From: a virus
IMG/VR virus record: IMGVR_UViG_3300036944_000939
DNA length: 29,046 nucleotides
Direction: 5' to 3' (one strand)
Shown here: positions 15,292-24,828 of the stretch, piece after piece
Layout: every line of letters starts with the position of its first letter
How positions within the stretch are numbered: the first letter of the stretch is position 1
Position numbers and translations under genes: made by a program
Notes under the pieces: generated by a model
What the model was told of the DNA's origin: nothing
Databases searched by the model: none
The model's input: only the letters and a program-made list of their open reading frames with translations

Positions 15292-16407
15292 ATGGCTCAA
15301 GGCAAAGTCAGCGTCTACAACCTGAATCTGGGTCAAGGCCCAGTCACGGAAATTGAACGCTATTTCCTCTTTATTGGCCTGTCGGCGTCCAACGTCGGCG
15401 AGCTGATCCCTTTGAACACCCAGAGCGATCTGGACACCGAGCTGGGCGCAGCAGCCAGCGACCTGAAAACCCAGGTTGCTGCCGCTCGCCTGAACGGCGG
15501 CGACCGCTGGGCCTGCATGGCTCTGCCGATTGCCGCTGCGGCCGATTGGGAAACCGCGCTGGATGGCGCTATGCAGCAGGGCGTCACCGTGGAAGCGGTG
15601 GTGATCTGTTCGCCCGTGGCAACCGGTGCCGCGCTGGAAGACCTGCACGCCAAGACCGTGGCCATCAATAACCAGTATGGCCGCCGCCTGTTCGTGATGG
15701 CCGCCACTGAGGGCATCGACCCGCTGCTGGACTGGAACGCCTATCTGGCCGAACAGCGCGCCATCACGCAGGACATTCTGGCCCCGCGTGTGCTGGTGGT
15801 GCCGCAGCTGCATGGCAACGACCTGGGCGTGCTGGCTGGCCGCCTGGTCAATGCCGCCGTGAGCATTGCCGACAGCCCCATGCGCGTGGCCACGGGTGCG
15901 CTGCTGGGCCTCGGTGACACCCCGGTGGACTCGGCTGGCGTGCCGCTGCCGTCCGCGATCCTGGCCGAGCTGGACAAAGCCCGCTTTTCGGTGCCGCAGA
16001 CCTACCCGGATTACCCGGGCGTGTACTGGGGCGACGGCAACATGCTGGACGCCCCAGGCAGCGACTTTCAGGTGGTGGAGTACCTGCGCATCACCGACAA
16101 GGCCGCCCGCCGTGTGCGGATCCTGCTGATCCAGCGCGTGGGCGACCGCCGCCTGAACAACACCCCCAACAGCATGGCCGCCAACAAGTCGGCGCTGATG
16201 CGCCCGCTGCGGCAGATGGCCAAGTCCGTGCTGTTCGCCGGCCAGCAGTTCCCGGGCGATATCGAGCCGCCGCAAGACGACGACATCGTGCTGGTGTGGA
16301 TGAGCAAAACCAAGGTTGAGGCCTACATCAAGCTGCGGCCGTACAACTGCCCCAAAGACCTGACCGCAAACATCGCCCTGGATCTTTCCAACGGCGACGA
16401 GGAGTAA
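15292..16407 (+). CDS. Tail sheath protein (compact type)
   Basis: 371 aa from ATG 15292. It lies immediately upstream of a tube-sized gene. The C-terminal block VYWGDGNML...RITDKAARR resembles sheath C-domains. Confidence 0.65.
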   Translation: MAQGKVSVYNLNLGQGPVTEIERYFLFIGLSASNVGELIPLNTQSDLDTELGAAASDLKTQVAAARLNGGDRWACMALPIAAAADWETALDGAMQQGVTVEAVVICSPVATGAALEDLHAKTVAINNQYGRRLFVMAATEGIDPLLDWNAYLAEQRAITQDILAPRVLVVPQLHGNDLGVLAGRLVNAAVSIADSPMRVATGALLGLGDTPVDSAGVPLPSAILAELDKARFSVPQTYPDYPGVYWGDGNMLDAPGSDFQVVEYLRITDKAARRVRILLIQRVGDRRLNNTPNSMAANKSALMRPLRQMAKSVLFAGQQFPGDIEPPQDDDIVLVWMSKTKVEAYIKLRPYNCPKDLTANIALDLSNGDEE

Positions 16408-16413
16408 GCACCC

Positions 16414-16863
16414 ATGGCCCGAATCGGCGGCATGAACTTCGACGTGAACCTGGGCGATCTGCAGGTACACATTGAGAAAGCGACCCTGGATATCACCGAC
16501 AACACCGCAGTGGCACAGACCGGCGGTGTGCCCGATGGCCACGTGGATGGCGACGTTTCCGCCAGCGGCGAGTTCGAGCTGGACAGCTCCAACCTGTCGC
16601 TGCTGATCGAGGCGGCACGCCGTGCTGGCAGCTTCCGCAAGCTGGAACCGTTCGACACGGTGTTTTTCGCCAAGGCTGGCGAGGACGAACTGCGGGTGGA
16701 GGCCTTCGGCTGCAAGTTGAAGGTGTCCAGCCTGCTGGATATCGACCCCAAAGGCGGCAGCAAGAGCACCCACAAGGTGCCGTTCGACGTAACCAGCCCG
16801 GACTTTATCCGCATCAACGGCGTGCCGTACCTCGACGCCAGCGAGATCGAGGGCCTGCGCTGA
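16414..16863 (+). CDS. Tail tube protein
   Basis: 149 aa. Assigned by size and position after the sheath gene. Confidence 0.6.
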   Translation: MARIGGMNFDVNLGDLQVHIEKATLDITDNTAVAQTGGVPDGHVDGDVSASGEFELDSSNLSLLIEAARRAGSFRKLEPFDTVFFAKAGEDELRVEAFGCKLKVSSLLDIDPKGGSKSTHKVPFDVTSPDFIRINGVPYLDASEIEGLR

Positions 16864-17075
16864 TGGCTGACTGGGTAGACCGGGCGCTGGAGCGCGAGGA
16901 ACTGGAACTGGAACGCGCCCTGGCCGCCCAGCTCGCCAGCGCCAAGCCTGCCGGCCCGAGCCTGCCCGAGTGCGCCGAATGCGGCGACGAGATCCCCGCC
17001 AAGCGTCAGGCGCTGGGTGGGGTGACCCGTTGCGTGCCATGCCAGACCACTTTCGAGAAAGGAACACGCCGATGA
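16863..17075 (+). CDS. TraR/DksA-family C4 zinc-finger protein
   Basis: 70 aa with CAECGDEIP...CVPCQ (CxxC-N17-CxxC) in the C-terminal half. Confidence 0.85.
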   Translation: MADWVDRALEREELELERALAAQLASAKPAGPSLPECAECGDEIPAKRQALGGVTRCVPCQTTFEKGTRR

Positions 17076-17464
17076 AGACGAGCCCATGGCCGAACTTCAC
17101 CTACGCCGAATTGCGCTGCAAGTGCGGCAAATGTGGCAGCGATGGCAGCGAGATGGATCCGGCCTTTATGGCTGAGCTGCAGCAGCTGCGCACGCTGTAC
17201 GGCAAGCCCATGGCGCTGAGCAGCGCCTACCGCTGCCCGCGCCACCCGGTGGAGGCGAAGAAGCGCGAACCGGGCGAGCACACCACAGGCATGGCCGTGG
17301 ACATTGCCTGCCGTGGTGCCGATGCGCTGCAGATCCTGCGCCTGGCCTTGACCCTGAAATTCACCCGCGTGGGCATCAGCCAGAAAGGTGCCGCGCGATT
17401 CATTCACCTGGGCACCGCGCCTGCAGGCGGACGCCTGCCCAGCCCGATGATCTGGAGCTACTGA
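17072..17464 (+). CDS. Endolysin, peptidase M15 (D-Ala-D-Ala carboxypeptidase-like) type
   Basis: 130 aa with an ATGA overlap. Blocks FTYAELRC, SAYRCPRHP, GEHTTGMAVDI and FIHL fit the zinc peptidase M15 pattern. No signal peptide. Confidence 0.8.
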   Translation: MKTSPWPNFTYAELRCKCGKCGSDGSEMDPAFMAELQQLRTLYGKPMALSSAYRCPRHPVEAKKREPGEHTTGMAVDIACRGADALQILRLALTLKFTRVGISQKGAARFIHLGTAPAGGRLPSPMIWSY

Positions 17465-17465
17465 C

Positions 17466-17693
17466 ATGCGCCGATCCACTGTCGACTCGCTGCTGCTGGT
17501 CGCCTTGTGCGGGGCCTGCATCTACACGCTGAGCGCCTGCAGCACCGCCAACACTGTGGGCGCTGCAGCCGGCAGCCTGGTGCAGCGCTACTGCGACACG
17601 CCGAAGGCTGGCCGCGCGGTACTGCGCCACACCATCGCCGCCAGCACCGCGCCGAACAAGATCCGCGTGGAGTGTGCCGCCGATGCCCTTTGA
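17466..17693 (+). CDS. Small lipoprotein (o-spanin candidate or exclusion lipoprotein)
   Basis: 75 aa. Signal peptide with lipobox LSAC (LLLVALCGACIYTLSAC). Confidence 0.6.
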   Translation: MRRSTVDSLLLVALCGACIYTLSACSTANTVGAAAGSLVQRYCDTPKAGRAVLRHTIAASTAPNKIRVECAADAL

Positions 17694-18045
17694 AAGTGAT
17701 CTGGAGCTGCGCCACCACGCGGGGCAGGAACAGTGGGAGGTGATCCGCCCGCTGTTCTACGTCACCAAGGCCCGCCGCCGGGTAATTGTGCCCGTTGGCT
17801 ACCGCACCGACCTGGCCAGCGTGCCGCGCTTCGCCTGGCGCATTGTGCCGCGCGATCACGAAGACGCGCGCCGGCCCGCCGTGGTGCATGACTACATCTA
17901 CACCGACCTGACGCACCTTTACACCAAGGCAGAGGCTGACCGGATTTTCTACGAAGCCCTGCTGGAGGAAGGCATGCACAAGCCCCTGGCTTGGCTCATG
18001 TGGTGCGCAGTCCGCATCGGCGGCCGTGGGAAATGGAGCAAGTAA
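17683..18045 (+). CDS. DUF1353-like protein
   Basis: 120 aa from ATG 17683 (GTG 17674 alternative). The pattern VPVGYRTDLASVPRFAW...PAVVHDYIY matches the DUF1353 signature from memory. Confidence 0.7.
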   Translation: MPFESDLELRHHAGQEQWEVIRPLFYVTKARRRVIVPVGYRTDLASVPRFAWRIVPRDHEDARRPAVVHDYIYTDLTHLYTKAEADRIFYEALLEEGMHKPLAWLMWCAVRIGGRGKWSK

Positions 18046-18302
18046 TGGAGCTATCCGCCACAGCCGTCAGCGTGCTGCTGATGCTGATCAACGCGGTGCT
18101 GACTGGCGTGGTGGGCTTTCAGGTTTACCTGTTCAAGCAAGTCAGCGCTGCGCGCCGCGAACACCTCGAATTCCGCATTGAAGTGGCTGAACGCTACGTG
18201 CGTGCGGAGTACATCGACAAGGCCATGGAGAAGCTGGAAGACCGGCTGGAACAGCGCCTGGAACACCTTTTTAACCAACCACCACAACGGAAAAGATCAT
18301 GA
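18045..18302 (+). CDS. Single-pass membrane protein with charged coiled-coil tail (holin or i-spanin candidate)
   Basis: 85 aa with a TAATG overlap. N-terminal hydrophobic helix AVSVLLMLINAVLTGVVGFQVYLF, followed by an E/R/K-rich heptad-like region. Confidence 0.6.
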   Translation: MELSATAVSVLLMLINAVLTGVVGFQVYLFKQVSAARREHLEFRIEVAERYVRAEYIDKAMEKLEDRLEQRLEHLFNQPPQRKRS

Positions 18303-18586
18303 GCGAACGCACCCCTATCGCGCTGGAAATCGGTGACAAGGAATTCACCTTCAACCTGACCCCGGCCGACGTGACCAAGTACTTCAACGCCATCACGCAG
18401 AACAACAAGGTGGCCCCGTCCAACAACCTGCTGACCACCACCGTGGAGCCGGAACAACTGGCCACCCTACGCCCGCTGCTGGCCAACCCCATGCTGACCA
18501 TGAAAGTGGCCGGCGCGCTGCTGGAAGAGTACGCACCGGACGTTGAAGTGACCGTAAAAAAGCGCTCGCCCGCGCTGACCGCCTGA
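18299..18586 (+). CDS. Tail assembly chaperone (short, frame-0 product)
   Basis: 95 aa, directly upstream of the tape measure gene. It contains the slippery site. Confidence 0.75.
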   Translation: MSERTPIALEIGDKEFTFNLTPADVTKYFNAITQNNKVAPSNNLLTTTVEPEQLATLRPLLANPMLTMKVAGALLEEYAPDVEVTVKKRSPALTA

Positions 18587-18750
18587 CCGAAGACGCCCTG
18601 GGCCAGTTAATGGCCCTGGTCGAACGCTGGCTACCTGGCGCACAGCCCACGGCAGACAACCTGGGCACCGCCAAGTGGCTGGAGGAAGAACACTGGCGCC
18701 GCATGGAGATTGCCGTAGCAAACGGCATCGCCAAGGCGCTGAACGGCTAA
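18299..18750 (+). CDS. Tail assembly chaperone, -1 frameshift extended product
   Basis: Slip at A AAA AAG (18556-18562). The -1 frame is open from 18562 to TAA at 18748-18750, giving about 150 aa. It ends 16 nt before the tape measure ATG. Confidence 0.7.
18556..18562 (+). promoter_or_regulatory. Programmed -1 ribosomal frameshift heptamer A AAA AAG
   Basis: The heptamer is in X XXY YYZ register with the chaperone ORF (codons GTA AAA AAG). Confidence 0.7.
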
Positions 18751-18766
18751 CCACAGCAGGCACCAC

Positions 18767-20677
18767 ATGACCGCAGCCGCCACCAGCCATCTGGACTTTA
18801 TCCTGCGCCTTGTCGATCAGGTGACAGCGCCTGCCGCGAAGGTCAGCAAGCAGCTGATGGACGTGGCCGAGGTCGGCAAAACCGGCTTTGTGCAAATGGG
18901 TGCGGGTGTGGCTGGCGTGGTCGGCACGGCCTACGCACTGCAGGAAGCCATGGCCCCGGCCCTGGATCAGCAGCGCGCACTGGGCGAAGTGAAATCACTG
19001 GGTGTGGCCGAGGAAGCGCTGGACGAACTCAACCGCAAGTCTCTGGAATTTTCAGTGGCCTACGGCGAGAACGCCCAGGCGTTCGTCCGTTCTGCCTACG
19101 ACATTCAAAGCGCCATCGCGGGCCTCACCGGCAGCCAGCTGTCGGCATTCACCAACGCTTCCAACGTGCTGGCCAAGGCAACCAAGGCTGACGCCGCCAC
19201 GGTGACCAGCTACGTGGGCACCATGTACGGGATCTTCAAGAACCAAGCCGATGCCATGGGCAAAGCGGAGTGGGTGGAGAACCTGGCAGGCCAGACGGCG
19301 CTGGCGGTGCAGATGTTCAAGACCACCGGCCAGCAGATGAGCGACGCATTCACCGCCGTGGGTGCAAACGCGACAGCCGCTGGCATTGGCTTGAGCGAGC
19401 AGGTGGCCATCCTGGGCACCCTGCAGGCCACCATGGGCGGTGCAGAAGCGGGCACCAAGTACAAATCGTTCCTGGCCGGCGTAGGCGCGGCCCAGGAAAA
19501 GCTGGGGCTGTCGTTCACCGACAGCCAGGGCCGCATGCTGCCCATGCTGGACATTCTCGACAAGCTGAAAGGGAAGTTCGGCGACACCTTGACCGTGGCC
19601 GAATCCGACGAGCTGAAAAAGGCTTTCGGATCCGACGAGGCGGTGGGCCTGATCAAGCTGCTGATGGCCGACACAGCAGGCCTAGCCGGCAACATGGAGC
19701 AGCTTGGCAAGGTCAAGGGCATGGAGCAGGCCGAGAAAATGGCCCAGGCCATGGTCGACCCGTGGGAACGCTTCGGCAGTGCGGTGGAGTCCGTGCGCAT
19801 TGCCTTTGGCCAGGCCTTGCTGCCGGTACTGAACCCGCTGATGGAGCGCCTGGCCGGCGGTGCCGCCACGCTGCAACGCTGGGTGGTGATGTTCCCCAAC
19901 ATCGCCCGCTGGCTCGGTTACATCACGCTTGGCGTGCTGGGCCTGGTGGCCGCTGCCGGCGCGCTGACAGTGCTGGGCGGCCTGTTCACCGTGCTGTCGG
20001 TGCTGGCAAGCCCCATCGCCCTGATCGTGATCGGCGTGGTGGCCCTGGGGGCTGCCGTTGTCGCCGCGATCATCTGGTGGGATGACCTGAAAGCCGCTTT
20101 CGGCGACACCGCATGGTTTCAGGCGCTGATGGTGATCATCACGCCCATCGTGCTGATCTTCCGCGTGTGGTGGGCAGTGATGAACGTGCTGTGGGTAGGT
20201 ATGCAGCAGCTGTGGGCCATGGGCGTGCAGTTCGTCACATGGCTGGCATCGTTCGAGGCCGCCGCAACGACCGGCAAAGCGATCTGGGATGGCCTCATGT
20301 GGGCGTTCTCCAACCTCTCGCCGTTCGCGCTGCTGGGTAAAGCCCTGCGCGGTCTGATCGAGCTGCTGAACAGCATCCCGGGCGTGTCGATCGACACCAG
20401 CTTTGCAGACATGCCCGAGGTGCCCGGCGGAGTGGAGGCTATGAGCGCCGCAGAGAAGGCCAGCGCCGCGCAGAAGATGCAGCAGAGCATCAATGCAGCC
20501 ATCCCCACCCTTTCTCCTAATCGTGCAGCAGCGGTGCCGCCTGGCGGCCTGCTGACGAGCATCCAGAACACCAGCAGCCAGAACAAGGGCACGCACATCG
20601 AAAAGATGGAGATCCACACCAGCAAGCCCATGACCCCGCTGGAGCTGGAAAACATGATGGAGATGAGCGCCGGATGA
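18767..20677 (+). CDS. Tail tape measure protein
   Basis: 636 aa, Ala/Gly/Met-rich helical, with a C-terminal hydrophobic segment. It follows the chaperone pair. Confidence 0.9.
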   Translation: MTAAATSHLDFILRLVDQVTAPAAKVSKQLMDVAEVGKTGFVQMGAGVAGVVGTAYALQEAMAPALDQQRALGEVKSLGVAEEALDELNRKSLEFSVAYGENAQAFVRSAYDIQSAIAGLTGSQLSAFTNASNVLAKATKADAATVTSYVGTMYGIFKNQADAMGKAEWVENLAGQTALAVQMFKTTGQQMSDAFTAVGANATAAGIGLSEQVAILGTLQATMGGAEAGTKYKSFLAGVGAAQEKLGLSFTDSQGRMLPMLDILDKLKGKFGDTLTVAESDELKKAFGSDEAVGLIKLLMADTAGLAGNMEQLGKVKGMEQAEKMAQAMVDPWERFGSAVESVRIAFGQALLPVLNPLMERLAGGAATLQRWVVMFPNIARWLGYITLGVLGLVAAAGALTVLGGLFTVLSVLASPIALIVIGVVALGAAVVAAIIWWDDLKAAFGDTAWFQALMVIITPIVLIFRVWWAVMNVLWVGMQQLWAMGVQFVTWLASFEAAATTGKAIWDGLMWAFSNLSPFALLGKALRGLIELLNSIPGVSIDTSFADMPEVPGGVEAMSAAEKASAAQKMQQSINAAIPTLSPNRAAAVPPGGLLTSIQNTSSQNKGTHIEKMEIHTSKPMTPLELENMMEMSAG

Positions 20678-20991
20678 GCCTCTACATAGACCTGCTGATT
20701 CAGGGCAACGACCTGGCCCTGGATCCGTCGCGCCAGCCGCTGCTGGTGGACGACCGTTCGAGCATCGCCCAGGACATTGCCCACCTGATCCGTGAAAGCG
20801 GCCTGCTGGTGACGCTGGTGGCCGAGCGCGACCGCTTCCGCCAGCGCGATTGCATCCAGCAGATGGAGCTGCTGGTGGAAGCCGACGTGCGCCTGGTGCC
20901 AGGAACCGCGCAAATCATCGAGCAGGCACCCGGAAAGTATCTGGTGACCGCGCGCACTGTTGAATTTGGAGCCATTGAGGTGACCCTGTGA
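20674..20991 (+). CDS. Small baseplate protein (gpW/gp25 position)
   Basis: 105 aa with an ATGA overlap. It lies immediately upstream of the baseplate J-like gene. Confidence 0.5.
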   Translation: MSLYIDLLIQGNDLALDPSRQPLLVDDRSSIAQDIAHLIRESGLLVTLVAERDRFRQRDCIQQMELLVEADVRLVPGTAQIIEQAPGKYLVTARTVEFGAIEVTL

Positions 20992-22160
20992 CCGTAGATT
21001 TTAAGCAGGCGCTGAGTGACGCCGGCATTCCGACCACCGAAGCGGGCCTGCGCCAAGCCTGGGAAAGTGAGGTGGCCGCCCAAGGCAGTGCGCTGAGCAA
21101 CACCAGCGCCTATTCGCCGTTTTGGCGCATCGTCACCGCGCTGGTGACCAAGCCCGTGCTGTGGCTGATCACCTTCATCAGCGGCACCGTGCTGCCGAAC
21201 TTCTTTGTGAAAACCGCCGTGGGTGCCTGGCTGGACATGCTGGCCTGGGCGGTGAACGTGGAGCGCAAGGGCGCGACCAAGGCCAAGGGTGTGCTGCTAT
21301 TCACTCGGTTGGCCGCTGGCGGCGCGCTGGAGGTGCCCGCCGGCACCGTGGTGCAGTCGGCTTCGATCAACGGGCATATCTACCAGTTGCTGACCACAGC
21401 CGCCGGCCAGTTCACCGATGGGATGATGCAGCTGGAGATCCCCGTGGAAGCGGTAGAAACCGGCAGCGGCTACAACCTGGCACCGGGTTATTACGCCATC
21501 CTGCCGGAACCGGTGCCTGGCATCGCACAGGTGGCAAACGCCGACGGCTGGCTGACCAGCCCGGGCGCGGATCCAGAGCCCGACGAGCAGCTGCGCCTGC
21601 GCGTGCGCAACCAGTTTTCTGCCGTGAACCAATGGCACACCGATGCGGTTTACCGCGCCATGATTGCCGCCTTCCCCGGCGTGCGCCCCGATGGGGTGTA
21701 CTTCGAGCACGGCGCACCGCGCGGCCCTGGCAGCGCCAATGCCTACGTGCTGTTTGAAGCGGACGTGCCGGGCGAAACCTATCTGGAGCAGATCAACGCC
21801 CACATCCGCGACCAAGGCAACCACGGCCACGGTGACGATCTGCTGGCCATGGTCATGCCGGAAACGCAGCACGCCATCAGCGTGGGGATCTGGCCGCTTT
21901 CAACCCTGACCGCTGAGCAGCGCACCACGCTGCAGGCCGAGGCCGCGCTATTCATCCGCGCCGCTTTCCGCGAGAGCACGACGGCCGACTATCAGCCGAC
22001 CCTGACCTATCCGCAGTCGCGCTTTTCATTCAGCCGGCTGGGCGAGGAACTGCACCAACAGTTCCCGGGCATCGAGTCGCTGCAATTTGGCAATGCCGAC
22101 ATTGTGTCGCAGCTGACCATCCCCCGGATCCAGAGCCTGGAGGTGGTGCTGCATGATTAA
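20988..22160 (+). CDS. Baseplate J-like protein
   Basis: 390 aa. Size and position between the W-like and I-like genes fit, with J-family sequence character. Confidence 0.85.
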   Translation: MTVDFKQALSDAGIPTTEAGLRQAWESEVAAQGSALSNTSAYSPFWRIVTALVTKPVLWLITFISGTVLPNFFVKTAVGAWLDMLAWAVNVERKGATKAKGVLLFTRLAAGGALEVPAGTVVQSASINGHIYQLLTTAAGQFTDGMMQLEIPVEAVETGSGYNLAPGYYAILPEPVPGIAQVANADGWLTSPGADPEPDEQLRLRVRNQFSAVNQWHTDAVYRAMIAAFPGVRPDGVYFEHGAPRGPGSANAYVLFEADVPGETYLEQINAHIRDQGNHGHGDDLLAMVMPETQHAISVGIWPLSTLTAEQRTTLQAEAALFIRAAFRESTTADYQPTLTYPQSRFSFSRLGEELHQQFPGIESLQFGNADIVSQLTIPRIQSLEVVLHD

Positions 22161-22677
22161 GCTCGGCCTGCCTTTCTGGCTGGACGGCCCGGAGCTGGCG
22201 AAGCTCAAGGCCGCCGCACAATCCTGGTGGACAAAAGTGGAAGGCTGGCTGCGCTGGCCGCTGCTGCAGATGGACGCCGACACCTGCCACCTGACCATTC
22301 TCGACTTGCTGGCCTGGCAGCGCGATATCACGCGCTTCAAGGGCGAGCCCGAAGCCTTGTACCGCCTGCGGGTGAAGTACGCCTTCATCAACGCGGTGGA
22401 CGCCGGCAGCACCGCCGGTATGAAACGAATTCTGCAGCGCCTGGGCGTGGGCTACGTCGAGATTGAAGAACGCCACCCCGACCGCGACTGGGACGTGGTG
22501 CTGCTGCAGCTGAGCAACACCCAGCTGGCCGAGAACCCCGAGCTTTTGCGCGTACTGATTCAGCAGTACGGCCGCACCTGCCGCCGCTATGACTTCGTGA
22601 CCATCACCCCGGTGGTGCTGCGCGTGGTCGCCATCGACTTCAACGACGACCAGCAGACGCTGGTCGCCAGCCTGTAG
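22153..22677 (+). CDS. Tail protein I-like baseplate protein
   Basis: 174 aa. It overlaps the J gene by 8 nt and precedes the fibre gene, as in P2 J-I-H. Confidence 0.8.
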   Translation: MIKLGLPFWLDGPELAKLKAAAQSWWTKVEGWLRWPLLQMDADTCHLTILDLLAWQRDITRFKGEPEALYRLRVKYAFINAVDAGSTAGMKRILQRLGVGYVEIEERHPDRDWDVVLLQLSNTQLAENPELLRVLIQQYGRTCRRYDFVTITPVVLRVVAIDFNDDQQTLVASL

Positions 22678-22686
22678 GAGAGCCCC

Positions 22687-24819
22687 ATGGGTGCCAGTAT
22701 TACCCTTGCCGGTGAAAGCCTGATTGCGCAGAAACAAGGCGCGCAGCAGATCCTCACCGTGTCCCGCTTCATCCTGGCCAACGTGCCCGGCCTAGACCCA
22801 AACGGGCCGGTAGACCGGGCCGCCGGCAAGCCTGTGGCCGGGCAGATCGTCGGCAGCTACGACGTGACCCAGGCCGGCTACGTGAACCCCAATCAGGTGG
22901 TCTACAGCCTGATGATGGGCAGCGATATCGGCGACTTCGACTGGAACTGGATCGGCCTTGAAACCGCCGAAAACGTGCTGCTGATGGTGGCCTACGTGCC
23001 AACCCAGCAAAAGCGCCGCAACATCCCGCCGCTGCAGCTGGGCAACAACGTCACCCGCAACTTTCTGGTGGTGTTCGACGGGGCCCAGGCCTTAACCGGC
23101 CTGACCATCGACGCCAGCACCTGGCAGCACGACTTCACCGTGCGCCTGGCTGGAATCGACGAGCGCGAGCGCCAGAGCAACCGCGATATCTTCGGTCGGG
23201 CGTGCTTCTTCGGCAGTGCGCTGCAGCTGGAGAAAGTCGGGGCGGTGTATCAGCTCAAACCAGGCACCGCATACGTGGAAGGCGTGCGCCTGCAGCGTTC
23301 TGCCGCGCTGGCCGTGGTGCCGCCTGCATTCCCCACCACCGCCTGGCTAGACGTGGCCCTACAGCGCGAGCTGAACGACGTGGTGGCGAGCTGGAGCGTG
23401 GTGTGGGGCGCTGGGAAAGTGGATTACGTGGACAGCGCAGGCGTGCAGCACTACTGCGTGGCCATCGCTGATCTGCCGAACAGCAACACCATCACCGACA
23501 GCCGTTCGGTGGAGGACATTGCGGGGGCCTTGATCGAGCATTTCGCATCGCGCGCTTTCGTACGCGCCGAGTTGGAGAAACTCGACAGCAAGCAGTCGGT
23601 GCGAGTGGCGACCACAGCCAACATCGCGCTGACCGGGCTGCAGACCATCGACGGCGTGGTGCTGTCGGCCGGCGACCGGGTGCTGGTCAAAAACCAAGGC
23701 ACCGCATCGCAGAACGGGATTTACACGGCGGCCAGCGGTACCTGGGCGCGAGCCGGCGACGCCGACGTGAGCCTGGAAGTAACGCCCGGCATGTTGGTAC
23801 CCGTTGAACAAGGGGTAACCAACGGCGACAGCCTCTGGCAGTTGGTGACGGATGCCCCCATCACCTTGGGAACCACTGGACTCACCTTTGAGATCGCAGC
23901 CGGCCCTGCCGGCCTCGCCGCCGGCACCTATCGCAGCGTGACGGTAGACAAGCGCGGGCGCGTCATCGGCGGCACCAACCCCACCACGCTGGCCGGCTAT
24001 GGCATCACCGATGCACTAGGCTGCAAGACCACGGTAGAAGTAGCGACGGCAGAAGTCAGCTGGAACACCCTCGTGGCCGAGGGGCTTTACCCGAAGATCA
24101 TCCTGGGCACCAATCCGGATGGCCCAGGCCCTGCGCTGTACTTCTACTGCCGAACCTATGTGCGGATCTCTGTCGTTGGCGGAACTGGAGCGCTACAGCA
24201 GTTTGCCGAACCCTACGGCACGCCGACGGGATCAGGCCAAATGTACTGGCGCGGCTTGAATGGCACGACTTGGTCGCCCTGGGTCAAGGTCATTGATTCG
24301 ACCGACGTCGCCTCGCAGTCCGAGGCTGAAGCCGGGGAGGCAGATAATCGCTGGATGAGCCCGGTTCGAGTTTTTCAGGCGATCGCCAAAAAGGTGGTGC
24401 AAGCGACCGAGACGGTGCTGGGCATTGCCAAGATCGCAACCCAGCTGCAGACAAATGCGGGCACGGATGACGCGACGATAGTCACGCCGAAGAAGCTGCG
24501 CTGGGGATTTGCCATCAGCCTTGCAACGAATGGCTATGTCGTTCTCCCTTCATGGCTTGGGGGGCTGGTTATCCAGTGGGGGAAAGTGGCCACACCTACG
24601 GCTGATATTGAATATGCGGTCACCTTCCCCCTTGCTTTCCCTAATGACGTGATCAACGTGCAAGCCACCTTCGGTTACGACAATCCGCGAGTTCACGACG
24701 GCTGCGTGGCACAGACGCGGGTAATCACTAAGAACGGTTTCATGGCCAACCGCCAGGATATTGCCGCCGCCACGTCGCTGCCGGCTTCATACATTCACTA
24801 TTTGGCCTTCGGCTATTAA
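22687..24819 (+). CDS. Tail fibre protein
   Basis: 710 aa. The N-terminus (ITLAGESLIAQKQGAQQILTVSRFILANVPGLDP) resembles the P2 gpH-type N-domain. The C-terminal part carries two A/S-x-EA-x-AG...TP..L fibre repeats. Confidence 0.9.
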   Translation: MGASITLAGESLIAQKQGAQQILTVSRFILANVPGLDPNGPVDRAAGKPVAGQIVGSYDVTQAGYVNPNQVVYSLMMGSDIGDFDWNWIGLETAENVLLMVAYVPTQQKRRNIPPLQLGNNVTRNFLVVFDGAQALTGLTIDASTWQHDFTVRLAGIDERERQSNRDIFGRACFFGSALQLEKVGAVYQLKPGTAYVEGVRLQRSAALAVVPPAFPTTAWLDVALQRELNDVVASWSVVWGAGKVDYVDSAGVQHYCVAIADLPNSNTITDSRSVEDIAGALIEHFASRAFVRAELEKLDSKQSVRVATTANIALTGLQTIDGVVLSAGDRVLVKNQGTASQNGIYTAASGTWARAGDADVSLEVTPGMLVPVEQGVTNGDSLWQLVTDAPITLGTTGLTFEIAAGPAGLAAGTYRSVTVDKRGRVIGGTNPTTLAGYGITDALGCKTTVEVATAEVSWNTLVAEGLYPKIILGTNPDGPGPALYFYCRTYVRISVVGGTGALQQFAEPYGTPTGSGQMYWRGLNGTTWSPWVKVIDSTDVASQSEAEAGEADNRWMSPVRVFQAIAKKVVQATETVLGIAKIATQLQTNAGTDDATIVTPKKLRWGFAISLATNGYVVLPSWLGGLVIQWGKVATPTADIEYAVTFPLAFPNDVINVQATFGYDNPRVHDGCVAQTRVITKNGFMANRQDIAAATSLPASYIHYLAFGY

Positions 24820-24828
24820 GGGGGCACG

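Noticed and set aside
15103-17100. 665-aa ORF on the minus strand
   Set aside because: It is antisense to the sheath, tube and TraR genes. It has the same low-complexity composition, with no motifs and no start context.
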